A DNA stretch of 59,013 bases, counting the filler, from Sphacelaria rigidula (lineage: Eukaryota), in the NCBI GenBank assembly GCA_964200075.2. It is 8 parts of 8 records of this genome, joined end to end, with 100 filler letters (N's around TTAATTAATTAA, not from the genome) between each part and the next. Parts side by side here need not be neighbours in the genome. Positions count along the whole stretch, not along the records: positions 36,947 to 44,235 come from CAXNAA020015612.1; positions 44,336 to 51,624 come from CAXNAA020015613.1; 6 more parts are not named here. One strand, written 5' to 3'. This document shows positions 37,871 through 50,760 of this stretch, in pieces. Positions within the stretch are counted from its first letter, which is position 1, and every line of letters begins with the position of its first letter. The notes under the pieces were generated by a model, which saw only the letters and a list, made by a program, of their open reading frames with translations, was not told the origin of the DNA and did not search any database. The position numbers and the translations under genes are program-made.

Positions 37871-39625
37871 AAGTGAAGATACTCAGCACAGGCAGTGTTG
37901 TATCCTGACTCGCCTGTTGAGCAACATGGCGGCGGCGGCGGCGGGGAAAGCCGACCGATCGTACTATGCGAAGTATACGTATGTCCTCTTTCTGATGGTG
38001 TAAGTTTTCCACTCTCGTCCAAGATCTGCATACCCTGGACAAAAGATTACATTGCCAAGAAACGTACCGCGTAGAGTATCGACTATTGCGTCTATCCCGA
38101 TAGAACAATATATATTCCATACTGTACGCAATATAATTTTTGACAGTGTAGTTTTTTGTCCAGGGCGTGAAGATCTGCTCGTTGAGATGGCGGGGAGGAC
38201 TTTCTCTGTTCCGTTTTTTTTTCTTGCGAGGAACTTTCAAGTAATCTGTTCGCTTTTTTCGTCGTCTCATTCTGTAGTTTCATGCACGAGTTGCCGTGTT
38301 TTTTTAAAATAATATTTCGTTCATTTTTTTGTTTTGTTTTTCTGGAATACTTGTGTTTTTTTTTTCGTTTCGCACTCGCCGTTTGTTGTTTCGGCAATCC
38401 TTGATTTTTTTTGTGTGGTGTTTTCGTACTTTTTCCCACTTGTGTTCATTTCCGATACGAGTGCATCCACAAACGTCTCGACCTACGAGTATATTCACAA
38501 ATGTCTCGATCAATCAGCGCACGGTACGGACAATCGAAAGGTCGTAATATTGCAAAGAGGCTATTGTTCAATGTACCTTTGTATTCAACTTGTGTGTTTT
38601 TATTGCTGTCCGTACGACTTCTGACGTGTGCTAAAGTACTGTCGCCACTTTTTTGCCTGTACTTGTATCCTTCCCACAGATTCGTCAAAGAAGTGTATGT
38701 AGATGCCGAGTTATGTCGTGATCCCAAGCATGCGCGCTTATGTGTGTCATCTACGGCCGTAGGAACAACATTTTTTTGCGCTCCACCAAAACAAACTCAG
38801 GCACGCAAACACGCGGTCAACAATGCCGACACCTCGCTCGTGTGCGGTGCTCAGCATTTATCCCCAACTTACAACTTTGCCCTGGCCCTTCCTCAGATCT
38901 TTCGGCCCAGCGTTGAGCCTTTCCGACTCCATCTGAACACCTGTTGCTTTTTCTCGCAACTGCTACACGAGGCATACCCTGATCCTCGCCGTTCTTTTCT
39001 TTTTAGTGGACACCGGTACGTCTATCGGGCCACCACGGCTGGATTCCTGGGGGAGGAGTTGAAGTGTGACGATCAATCAATTAATCAACCAATCGAATCA
39101 GTCAAATCAATCAAACACGTGTACTTCCCTCCACGAGCAAATCGGAGATCGGGTGTCGCGCTGGAGGAGACACCAAGAAAAAAAGAGTCTCCCATAGCTG
39201 ACAATTTCTTAGTCTGATGATGCACGAAATCGGTGATCGACGAATTAAACAACCAGTCAGATGTCACACCTGTCGTCTCGTGTAACTCAAAAATCTGTCT
39301 TTTGTTTCTCTCTGTGGGGGGAACGAGGTTTTACTCACCGCAGCTGGCAGAATATTTCTGGTTGCATCCAGTCGGGTTTCATCGACTCGGTGATCGTTCC
39401 ATTTTTATTCCTTTGCTTCAACGACAGCTGCACCGTTCTGATGTTTGAAAATCAATCAGATCTCGCATTGACCGAAAACAGCAGAATCTCTCCCCCCTTC
39501 TTTTTGCATCGCACCACAACCGCAACCCCTGCTAGACGTTGATTCCCGAAACACGAGGTTAATTTGTTTTCTTCATTCCCTCGTCCTTTTCATTCTTCGC
39601 ATACATACACCCGGCACATGCACAG

Positions 39626-41380
39626 TTCATCTGCTGCTCCGCCACAATGCGCGATCCGCCAGCGCACTTCGCATCTCTCCTTCCTCTGGAAGAGTGTCTC
39701 GGCGGGCAGCGGCGTGCCCTCTACTTCGGCAGCGCTGACACGGCACCGGCCGGTCGTAAGACCTTCGTCCTCTGGCGGCCGCCAATCGTCGCCGACTTCT
39801 ACTCACCACCTTCACAAGAATCAGGCACAACGAAAACACCAGGCCTAAAACTGAGCGGCAGCGTGCGGCGTGCCTCTAGAAGGAGTTTTTTCGATCGCGG
39901 CGCCGGCGGCGGTCGCGCTCGCCGCGGCAAGCAAAGCGCGGCTCCAACAGCTGCAAGTAGCAGTAGTGCTGGCGACGACGTCGGCGGTAGTAAGGTGACA
40001 GCATTGTCCCACGGGTTGTCCTCGTCGGGTGCCACTGCAGTGCGGGTTAGACGCGGTAGTGGAGCTTCTGCGGGAGGGGAAGCAGTCGAGAGTTGTAATA
40101 TGCCAGGGAAAATCACGCCGGCTAAGGGGAAGGGGAAGGGGAGGGGGAGGGAGGCGAAACAGGGAGAAAGTGAGGTCTCTGTTCAAGTGGGCAGGGGGGG
40201 GTCACCAGCTCTGACCGCGACCGCTGCTGCTGCTGCTGCCGCTGCCGGCAAAAAATTTATCGGGAAAACGGACGATTACCTTTTGCCTCCTGGGCGACCG
40301 TCCCGTTCGAAGCGAGCGAAGAAGGGTGAGGATGATTCTGTCGGAAGAGCGGGCCTTTTGATCAACGGGGACGATGATAATGGCGGTGGTGTGGTGGCCA
40401 CTTCTAGGGACGGTGCAATCCCGAATGAGACGGAAGTAACGTCACGCGTAAAACGAACGAGGCGCAAGACTGCCGTTGTCAGTGTTACCGCTACGCCCGA
40501 GTTATCAATCTCGGCGCCGCGCCTAAATGAGTGGAAGAAAGGCCCCACGGACAATTACTACAACCGGGAGTACATGAAACTGATGGGCGCAGAGCTTCCA
40601 AAAAGATCGCCGATCACGAAGAGCTCCACGACAATCACAGAAGGCGAGGGGTACGCGAGCAGTGCCAGTGGAACAACGAGTGGAGCGGGAGATCAGCGAG
40701 ATGTCGGCCGCGAGTCGCCGACGATTTCGAGCACCGGTACAAACGCTTTCTCCCCGCCGGTAACATCACCCGGAGACGTCGCAGATGACACGTTAGCGCT
40801 ATCCCAACGACAGCCGCAACGAGAGGATTCAGGGGAAGGCTTGTCGCCGACAGGGCGTCTGCGACCGGTCGGGGATGGTGCTATTGCTGGATCGATGAGA
40901 CCTCCTGGAGATTTCAAGAATGGCGAGGTCGGCTCCAACAAAAGTATCGCGCGGAAAGCGGTTGAACAGAGCTCTGTTCCCTCGGTCGCCACGGCATGTC
41001 TAGACGGGAGCGTAGTGGACGTTGTGGCGGAGGCAGTTGCTCTCGAACAAGCTGGAGACTTCGCTGCTACTGAAGGAGGCATGCTTATAGCCGCACAGGT
41101 GGCGTCAGAAGGTTTGAAAGGTCCGGCGGGCGGCGGCGGCGGCGACGGCGGCGGTGGTAGTTGCAGCGGTGATGGCGGCAATCGGGGTGACAATGGTGAT
41201 GATGCCGGTGTTGCTGGTGGTGGTTCCGAGGATGGGCCTGGGTGGGAAGATGGTAGGCGGCGAAGCTCCATCTGTGAGACGGCAAACATCCTGTCTGCGC
41301 TGGTGAAGCAACGAGTGAGGACGCTAGCGTTTTGTCGGACGAGGAAGCTGACGGAGCTGACCCTACGCTACGGACGTCAG
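39626..41380 (+). CDS. HRQ1: HRQ1-like helicase, second visible exon (motifs III and IV plus large insertion)
   Basis: cag|FICCSATMRDP..HF..GRKTFVLWRPP ... RRSSICETANILSALVKQRVRTLAFCRTRKLTEL..RQ|gt; 585 open codons. Confidence 0.85.
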
Positions 41381-41713
41381 GTGTGTGACTTGTCATTCGA
41401 GGTCGGGGGTTCTCTGAGACATACTGTGAAGTAGCGAGTGAAGATGTGGTATAGCTATAGTGGGTGGGCTGTTACTCTTCGTGTTGACGGCATGCCGCGG
41501 TGACCGAGATAGCACGGATTGAACGTGAGATCACCTTGTTCCCGCTTTAGACAGAAGTGACCGAAGTGGAGTGCAATGGGTGTGAGTCCTCCTAACTGCC
41601 ACCAGCAATTCTGGATTCTACCGTCGGGTGCCCTGACCCCCATCCGCTTGCGCTACCACTTTTGTTTCGACTCTGCGTGTGTGTGTGCGCGTTGCGCTAC
41701 AAATGACGGAAAG

Positions 41714-41821
41714 GATTTGGAGAAAAGTGCTCCGAGCATGACCTCGTTGGTGCAAGGATATCGCGGTGGCTACACCAAGGATGAGCGGAGAAAAATCGAA
41801 GGCCGCCTATTCGCCAATAAG
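41714..41821 (+). CDS. HRQ1: HRQ1-like helicase, third visible exon
   Basis: aag|DLEK..GYRGGYTKDERRKIEGRLFANK|gt; 36 codons. Confidence 0.92.
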
Positions 41822-42391
41822 GTAAAGCATCGTGGTTGTTTGTGCGCTTCCAGGTAACAGGATCGATCCATGCCGTTTCATTGGCATGGCGCCCACCCGC
41901 TATTATCCCGAGCCACAGAGTCGAGAATGATTCGTCGCGCCAAAGGGTTCAGTATTTGTAATCTTATCGCGGCACCTTGGGTATTGCAGGGTCGCCTGCC
42001 GAACGTAGCCGTGCTTGCGACGACTGTGCCAGCGTGAACTCTGTCTCCTTGCTGTGGGCAGCTACACGCCGGCGCGTCGGTTGAGATTATAGAGTTGGCT
42101 CACCCACGGTAGCGTCGCGCACGCGACAAACGAGACAGGATCAACAGAGACGACGGGGGGGCGGGGGAGGACTGGGCGAAAAAATGGCAGGAAGCAGCAG
42201 CGGGGAGGTGCGGTGCGGCAGGCTGACATTGAGGGGAGGTTGGACGGGTCTCTAGATAACGCAGCTGGTAACCGTTATATCTCTGACCATCGTAGTCTAC
42301 AGGATGCAAATATAAGCCTGTTCTTGTGTTGCCGTGCTGCTGTGGGCAATGTCGCGTGTTTCACGCTGGTGTTATTGACGTTGTATTGCAG

Positions 42392-42476
42392 CTGTTGGGC
42401 GTGGCCGCTACATGTGCCTTGGAGCTGGGAGTGGACATCGGTGAACTGGACGTAACGCTTCATCTGGGTTTTCCAG
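42392..42476 (+). CDS. HRQ1: HRQ1-like helicase, fourth visible exon (motif V)
   Basis: cag|LLGVAATCALELGVDIGELDVTLHLGFP+g|gt; ends in phase 1. Confidence 0.93.
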
Positions 42477-43916
42477 GTGCGCGAGTGCTGGTCATACTGA
42501 ATGTCGATACCCACGGTCTGTACAGCGTGTGATGGTGCGCTGCTGTAGCCGCGTTTCCCCTGTATGCGTAGGCTACTAGCGCGGACTCGAAGACGGTCTC
42601 CTTACCTGAGCTAAGCGACAGATGCTTTTTTTTTTCCCAGGACCGGTAGTAGAGACTATCCTCGCGTTTTTCTGCTTTTCATTTGGAGTTTACTCTGTTC
42701 GCTCTTGCTTATTTTTACTTCCCTTTTTTTCTCGAGTTTTCTTGAGCGAGCTTTTCCGATTGTTTACCTCGGGTACGTACACCCCACCACCACGGTTAGA
42801 TTCATAGCGGAGCGGGTAATGCTATTGTGCGACGAGCAATACAAAGAAGAAATCGATAGCGGAATAATGCACATCGGCACGTTGTGTTGTATGATGAGTT
42901 TTGGGGTGAACACATTGTGCAACGGCTGCTGAAAAAGCATCGGCGCACATGATTTTGCCACCTTTGGGGGGGGGTGTACTCATGATCTCGTACGACATAG
43001 TCATAAGACCATTGACCTCGCATCCCTACAAAAAGCGGGACGGAGCACGCCGGATTTTCACCGGACCAGGCTCGCAATTAATCACGAGCGCGAAGCGCCG
43101 TGGTGTGTTCGGCGAGCCCCATGAGGGGTGAGCTGCATCCTACTAAGATTGTTCGTCCCGAAGCGTACTGATTATCTTGCATTTGGATGACAACCTCCAA
43201 TGAGTTGCTTTATTTTCTCGTATTGCCAATTCCAGAGACGGCCACGGCTTATACACTGCCTCATGCGTGTCTCACCGTATGAAGGTTGCTTAGTACGATC
43301 ATGCCCTTTGCGCGGACTTGAGGCTCTCTCACCCCGCGCAGTATGATCTAGCTCGACCATCATCTTGGTTGCCGCAAAAAAACGCAAGCGCGCAAAAAGC
43401 AAAATCGGTAACCTGGTTGCCTAGCTTGCGCAGTGAGTGGCGTGTCTTACAGCGTCATAGCAAACCGACGCCAATCCTATAGGGGGTCCGCCCCTACAAA
43501 GCCGGGGCAGAGCACGCCGGGTTCTCGCCGGGCGAAGCTGGAGGGGGAGGGAGGGGGGCGTACTCATTTATTGCTTGCCTCAGTCGTTTGACCATTGACC
43601 ACGCATCCCTTTCGAGACGAAGCATCGTTCCTACTCCCAACAGAGGGGGGGGGCAGATATGATTGTATCGGTTGTACACGTTTACCTGTTTTTTAGATGT
43701 TGAATTATCCACGCGAGCTCGGATGTTCTGTACAGTAGCTCGGGCAATCAAGGGCAGTCTGGCCATGGAGAGACGCATGTTTGGTGCAGTAGTGTACGGT
43801 GAAGTGGAAGATGACGTGCTGGTCCTGGATTATGTATTTCTCACGTTGCTATTAATTTTTGCGCATTACTCGACCCGTTTCGGTTAACTCATCCTGTCAT
43901 GACATCGACGGTGCAG

Positions 43917-43999
43917 GGAGCGTGTCCAGCCTGCGGCAGCAGGCGGGAAGGGCCGGCAGGGGCGGCACCGACTCCCTTGCCGTCATGGTCCTCTTTCAG
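43917..43999 (+). CDS. HRQ1: HRQ1-like helicase, fifth visible exon (motif VI); gene incomplete at both contig ends
   Basis: cag|(G)SVSSLRQQAGRAGRGGTDSLAVMVLFQ|gt; phase matches the previous exon. Confidence 0.93.
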
Positions 44000-45342
44000 G
44001 TTGTGTGTCTGAGGGGGAAGGGGGGCGTAGCATGACGTTTTTCGTGCGTCTGAAGTCATATGACGATAGGCTAACCGGCTGCTGTGCACTCATTTCCACA
44101 GATTGTTCACATACAGCGATTGACGATATTGATACATAAACAACCGGGGAGGGGGGGGGGGGGGGGGGACTCATTTTTTTTTTCCCGTAGTTATTTGACC
44201 TCTGTCAACACATCCCTTTCGAGACGGAAAACCGTNNNNNNNNNNNNNNNNNNNNNNNNNNNNNNNNNNNNNNNNNNNNTTAATTAATTAANNNNNNNNN
44301 NNNNNNNNNNNNNNNNNNNNNNNNNNNNNNNNNNNATGCCCTGCGAGACGGAGCACCGTTCCTATTAGGAGTAGGAGCAGTGCTCCGTCTCAAAAGGGAT
44401 GCGTGGTCAATGAGGGAGGGAGGGAGGGAGTGGGGGGGCTATCGCGGCATTACTCAAAGAGAGATAGGCTGGTACACATCATTTCGCACGTCTACACACA
44501 CATATACCATTGCGGAGGTTTCGCGATTTTTTTTTTCCCGGTTTGGGTTTGTTGACCCTTTTGGTACTGGCAACGGAACATTGTCGATTTCGAGGTGCTG
44601 TTTTATGGTTGCGTATTAGCTGCCTTCCACTCGAAACTATTAGCCCGAGCCGTGTGTTTCAGACCCGTAAAAAAAGTGCCCGAGTGCCGCACGGGACTTC
44701 ATGTACAGAAAATAGACAGGCGGTGCCGATTTTGTTTGTATAGACTTGAGAGACGCAAGTGCTGATTTTGGCTGCGTGCACAAATTTGAACAAACTTGAC
44801 CCGTTGCTGGACAGAGCTAATCTGACTGCGGCAGGGTTACATTTTTGGTGCGCGCGTGGCGTACGCTGGTGAATTCATCTGTGGCCTTCCGCCGTGAAAT
44901 GGTTGCCGTCGGTCCTTTCTGTTCCCATCTTCTTTTCGGTGTCAAGGTTTAGAGTGATGAAGCATCTGGTTGATGGGTCTATTTTTCCCCCGAAGTCTCC
45001 AACTTTAGTCCGGAAAAAATAAGTAAATATACAAAAAAGGGTAGACCCAGATATTTTTGAACAAAAAAGGGTACCGTATCTCCCGGTTCAGGGCGCGTCG
45101 CTGCATGCGGGCTGAGCACTGCAAAACCACGTTCCACCGTCTCAGCCCCACTCTAACCATGTCTGGGCAGCATGCCCGACCATTTTTTTTCATCTTCACA
45201 CGTGGTACCAGGCCTTGACTACGGCGCGGAAAATGAGAGCCTGTGAGAGTACCCTTTTTCGTGAACAAACTAGGAAGGTACATCCTGCGCTCTGCTAAAC
45301 CTTTATATGTTTACCCTTTTTATTCACCTGTTGACCCGTTTA

Positions 45343-46385
45343 CCCTTTTGGGACCGGACCTCCAGAACGACCAATGAGGCTGGTCAGGAATGACGTGTCT
45401 GGCGTCTGCACGAAACAGTGGCGCGTTGCTGAAAATCTGCGTATGTTATCGTAGGGTTATGACAAAGACCGAAAGTTTCATCTCATCTATTTTCAGGTGC
45501 AGGGTGCGCATTAGGTGTACATCTGATTATCTGATATAGCAAGCAGTATGAGTCGTGGTAAGAGAGCTCCCAACGGGATGTGGCTACCGGCGAGCCGCCC
45601 GCCACTTGTGGCTTTGGATGATACTCATGTCCCCATCACCTTGCCACACAGCCCTTTGTGGTTGGGGTGGGCCGCTATTTTCCCCCTTGCTGCATGCGTC
45701 AAATTCTCTTCGAAGGGTATCAGCGTTGCGGCGCGCATTCATACAGCAGTATACTACAGTACAGTGTAGTACGCCTCTCTGACTGAAGCAGCAGCTGCCG
45801 CTGGATCTCCCTTGCACGTTCTGGGCAATTCTCAGCTACCGAAATCAACTGTCCATATACAGCTTTGTCATCTCCGTCCACTACATACACGTGGACTGCA
45901 CACTGCAAGTCATCGGCAGAGGGATACGCAGAATTCACTGCGGTAGCTCCTTTTGCCTTCCTAAAGCCTACCTGAGTTTAGTGCCTCGTGAAAATGACCA
46001 CATTGTAGCATGTACACTCATTCCCGGTTCTTTCTGGTCGACCCTGCGTTAGTGTAGATGACTACGTTTCAGTATAGAATTGGGACCCAAAAAACACTCC
46101 GGAAAAACTCGGGAACGGTATACTGAGTGCAAGTAATACCATAACACCAAGCTGCGACCACCCTGCACTTAGAAACCTGGGGAAGCTTATCTAGGCCAGG
46201 GATTGGGCCCCCACACGATCTTTGCAGTGGCATCACACTCGACAACAATCTCCGCGCTGGTCGTTCCGGTCTGGTCGATAAATTTCGCCTCGCTGTGATT
46301 GGGCAGGTCGCTCGAAGACGTGTTTTTTACTATTCCACCAACACAGGGCCGGCCCTGTGTTAGTGGGGGTCCGGTCCCAAAAGGG
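45343..46385. mobile_element. piggyBac-like non-autonomous element in the left TIR of the foldback
   Basis: TTTA|cccttttgggaccggacc...ggtccggtcccaaaaggg|TTGA; perfect 18-bp TIR; the empty site is given by the opposite arm. Confidence 0.8.
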
Positions 46386-47933
46386 TTGATGATCAAACGC
46401 ACACCCTTCAGCCTTTTTGTGAAGTGGTAACCGTACCGCCAGTCCCGCAGAAGATACGTGAAACAGTCACAACCATACCCATTTCTTGGTGAAGCTACAC
46501 CCCACCGAAAAGGTCGTTACCCAACGACCAACAAATCGTAGCCCCCTGCAAGTCGGCCCGCAGACCGAAAAGATCCGGTGATGCAGACAAAGCGCGAACG
46601 CTTGTGTCCCGGAACTCACAAGATCCAACGAATATGTGTGAAAAGTCTTGCCGGCACACACACGCCCGAATGGCATAATGTCACGACATCACGCGTTTTC
46701 AGGGGGCAGGGGTGGTGGTCTTTTTTTGGGGGGGGTGGGAGCCTGTTCGCGGAACAGTCGAAGCTCACTAATTCGCCAATGGATATATTGGACTTATATA
46801 TGGAAGACATTCCCAAAGAAGCCCCGACCGGCTCTCACCCTGAAGTCAAGTGTGTGCAGATTCAGTGCATGTGCCGTATGTCTTCGCTGGAAACAACGGC
46901 GGGAAACAGTCATCGTACCCTTCGCTCTCCACCAAACACAGTCAAGTAGAAGCTGCTGATGCCACTGTTGACATTGTTCCACGACAACACTACAGACAGC
47001 GTGAAGTCATGCTGGGAACACAAGAAGGGTCAGGCAGGCGGGAAAATACTACGAGCAGAGAGGTAGCACACACGTTGTTTGCGCGCATGTAAAACCCGCG
47101 GTTCTCAATGATCATGACGAGAACAGTCACATACTGCAAGACTGTGAGGTACTCTGTTCCAGTACTTTTTACTTTCCTCTTATTTTGCTTATTTTTTTCA
47201 GGTCGGCCATCACTTCCTGTGCTTTGCTTGTGTTGACTTTTTTACTGCTTTTCTTTTGTCACGACTTGGTCTGCTATGTCGTTCTTTTCGACTTTTTTAT
47301 TTTTTTATTTTTCCTGTTCCTTCTTTTCTTCAGAGCGTGTTCCAGTTTCGTTTTTCTTGGGTACATCCATCATGAGACCACAGCTGGGCCCCTGGGGAGT
47401 CAATTCAAGTACGAAAAGCAATCAATCAATCAATCAATCAATCAAGTTGGTCAGGGGTGAACCCTTTGGCCGAACACAGCTGCCGAGGTGGTCACCTGGT
47501 TCCTCCCAGAATTTTTCCTCGCTCTGAAGTTCTTGTGCAAAAATTGCGAACACTCCTGGGTGAAATTGGTGAGCTTCGACTGTTCTGCGAACAGGCCCCC
47601 CCCCCCCCGTGAAAAACCACCACCCCCTCCCCCTGGCAACCCGTGGTGTCGTCACATGATGCCGTTCGGCCGTGTGTGTGCCGGCAAGACTTCTCACACA
47701 TGTTCGCTAGATCTTTGTGAGCTCCGGCACACGAGCGTTCGAGCCCTGTCTACATCGTCGGATATTCCGGGTCTGCAGGCCACCCAGCAGGGGGCTACGA
47801 TTTGTTGGTCGTTACGTTCGGCCTTTTTTTTTGTGGGGTGTAGCTTGTGGAAATACGTATGGTTGTTACCGTTCGGAGAATCTTCTGCGGCACCGGCGGT
47901 ACGGTCACCACTTCACAAAAAAATACAAGGAAG

Positions 47934-48862
47934 TAGAGTTGTGAACTGGCTGCAAAAAATTACAACCAGTTACAGTCGTCAGTTCAAACTGGATAACTGG
48001 TGGCAAAGCCGCCCCGCAATTCCGCCAGCGTTGCCTGGCAAGGCAACGCGACGGAGTCGCGTGAACGCCCCTCCCCGACTGGTGAGGAGGCCCCGCCGGA
48101 GGCGCTGCCGGAGGCAAGTAAATTACGCCATTTGGCTTCACACCTCTCCAAAATTGCGGTGAATTCTAGCCGCCTAGCGTCGGCAATTCGAGGACGTAAT
48201 CGGTGCATAAAAAGATATACATGTATGGGGGAAAAGGAAATATCACTGAACTTTGCGACGTGAATTCTAAAAACGAAGCGGTGAAACAGTAGTGCAGCAT
48301 ACATGGCATTCCCCGTGTTCCACCCAAGCGCCAGGAACTACCAGTAGCACGACAACTTGGTAACGCTATTGAGTGTGACTACAGCCAGGGGAATCCAAAA
48401 GAAATCTCGACTCTTCCTCATGCTTCCGTCTCACATTGACCAGCCACCACTGAATGCTTAACGCTTCATGCCGACAGAGTAGAGCAAAGCACCCACAACA
48501 ACGCTACGAAACGCAGTCTTGCTTCACATTTCAGATCCCCTGAATCAACCATTGTCCGTGCCCAATCTCTAATTTTTGAATGTTAGAACAGATTGTCTGC
48601 GATATTCGTGTTCACGTCTAGGTGTGTGCGCCCTGCGGTCATGTACTCGCCTCTGCAAAAGCGTTTCCACAGTTACTGTGTTACGGCAATACTTCAGAAA
48701 TATTGACTCGAGTATGACGCATATGTACACAGAACACTTCGGAGTAAGACGCATATGTTGGGTGAAATAACTGGTTCAAATGGTTACAAAACCGATCAGT
48801 TAACCAGTTGTGCCACTTAACTGTAACTGGTCGCTTAAACTGGGAGCCAGTTCACAACTCTA
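47934..48862. mobile_element. hAT-like MITE in the right TIR of the foldback
   Basis: Perfect 18-bp TIR tagagttgtgaactggct; subterminal aactgg/ccagtt repeats; 8-bp flanks only partly matching (caaggaag/tgaagaag). Confidence 0.72.
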
Positions 48863-50324
48863 TGAAGAAGGGTGTGCATTTGATCATAAACGGGTCAACA
48901 CGTCAACAAAAAAGGGTGAAAGAAAATGTTTAGCCGAGCACAGGGTGTACCCTTCTGATTTGTTTACAAAAAAGGGTACTCTCACAGGCTCTCATATTCC
49001 GCGCCGTAGTTGAGCGTAGTACCACGTATGAAAATGAAAACAGAATAGTCGGGCATGCTGCCCAGACAACTTGGGCGTGGGGCAGTGACGCTGGAACGTG
49101 TTTTCGCGTTGCTCAGCCCGCGTGCAGCGCCGCGCCCTGAACCGAAAAATACGCTACCCTTTTCTGTTTCGAAAGCACCATGATGTACCCTTTTTTGTAT
49201 GGTGCCCCAAAACGGTATATCTCCAAAGATTCGAAAGCATGTTTCTCAACAAGAGAAGGCGATAAATAAAACCAAGTACAGATGTTACCCATAATGTATC
49301 GTCGAATTTTGTTAGCTCGGAGAAGGAAGCGAACGTAGGAAAACAAAATCCAAACTCTACGGGACAAGTAGAAAACGAAACAAAACGAGTCCGAAGTAAA
49401 AAAATCTCGTTAATAGTACCTACCCCTTGATTCAGTTGTGCCTACATTTCCTTCCTTCCTTCCTTCCTTCCTCGGGTTGGTGTCCATTGGCGAAGTAGTT
49501 TCGTTTTTTTCAGGGATATACACGTTACACACGTGACACATTTGAAAAAAACGGAAAAAACGTAACTTTGGGCCATTTATTGCTACGTAGGGTTTGATTT
49601 TTTGAACGGGACAAATGTAACGTAACGTGACGAAATGTGTCGACCTTGAAGCAGTGTCTCTCCAGATTTTTCAGATGTAAAAAAGTTTTTTTGTGTGATT
49701 ATTTTACGTGGCACGTGACACGTTACATATTCACGAAACAAGCAAAGTTTTTGTCACATTTGGAAAGTAAAACGCTACGTGAGGGTTCATCCGAAGGACC
49801 ACACGTTATATCACGTTACGTTACATTTGTCTTCTCCAAAACATCGAACCTTACGTAGCGTTAAATGACCCAAAGTTGCGTTTTCTCGAATATGTCACGT
49901 AAAAACGTCACGTGTAACGTGTATATCCCTGGGTTTTTTGTACAGTACCTGGGAACTAGGCTCTAGGCCAATCAACCTCGAGTACCGCCGCCGGATTACG
50001 TGGGGCTGGCTGGCTCACTTTATGCCCAACGAACCAACAATTCCAATAAGTCACACGAAAAATAAAAAAAAAGCAAGCGACGCCTCCTGCACTAAAGATC
50101 CGCACGCAATTTACAATAAAAAAAAATCCAAGATTCGGTCTGAAGGAGTGACCCCACCTTTTTTGCTCGAAGATGGCCAGATCCACGTAACCAATTTGCG
50201 GGACGCACGTCTCTATCTCCGGAGATGAACACCAACCGGTGCCCTCCTGTGCGGGATAATAATCATCACGCACAAAAAAGGTTGTTCTGGAGTGGTGATG
50301 GGTATTGTACAGGTATACCAAATC

Positions 50325-50760
50325 TACAGCGATATATCCGTGATATATCGCGTCCATATCACCTAACATTGCGCGATATATCGATACCATATCGCGCTTC
50401 GTATCCCACGGTATATCGTGTGTATACCGCGATATATTGTGCGAAATCACGTGCCGTAGGACATATATCGCGAACTACGCATGATATATTGTACAATATA
50501 CGTGACACATCGAGAGATATCGCATACCGTACGATATATCGCGGGGTACAAGATGAGATATGTGCGTTTTCACGCGTGAAAACCAGTTTGGTCCTAGATT
50601 CTACACAATTTGAGGACGTATGAAGGCGCTATCCCGGTATCGCACCCGATGTCATGGGACATCACGCGATACCATTTATCGGATATCGAAGCGATATCGC
50701 GATTTTTTGGCACCAGATGTCAGATATCATATCCTGTCGGAGGGGTTTCGCGGTACCCAC
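50325..50760. repeat. Region of recurrent gatat/atatc(g) motifs, probably MITE subterminal repeats
   Basis: Many gatatatcg/atatcgcg motifs in both orientations; termini not resolved. Confidence 0.5.

Larger units (their letters stand above)
45032..49197. mobile_element. Foldback element with ~700-bp TIRs and TA flanks, carrying three nested insertions
   Basis: 45032-45342 plus 46390-46775 is the reverse complement of 47562-47933 plus ~48867-49197; TA|caaaaaagggta...tacccttttttg|TA. Confidence 0.85.

Noticed and set aside
38411-39217. 268-aa ORF
   Set aside because: Lies in an HRQ1 intron, crosses repeat fragments, no recognisable domain.
39214-39245. Hammerhead-like CTGATGA...GAAA
   Set aside because: Stem II cannot close and stem I does not pair; single copy.
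40693-41289. 198-aa antisense ORF and other overlapping ORFs in the HRQ1 exon
   Set aside because: Shadow frames of GC-rich coding sequence.
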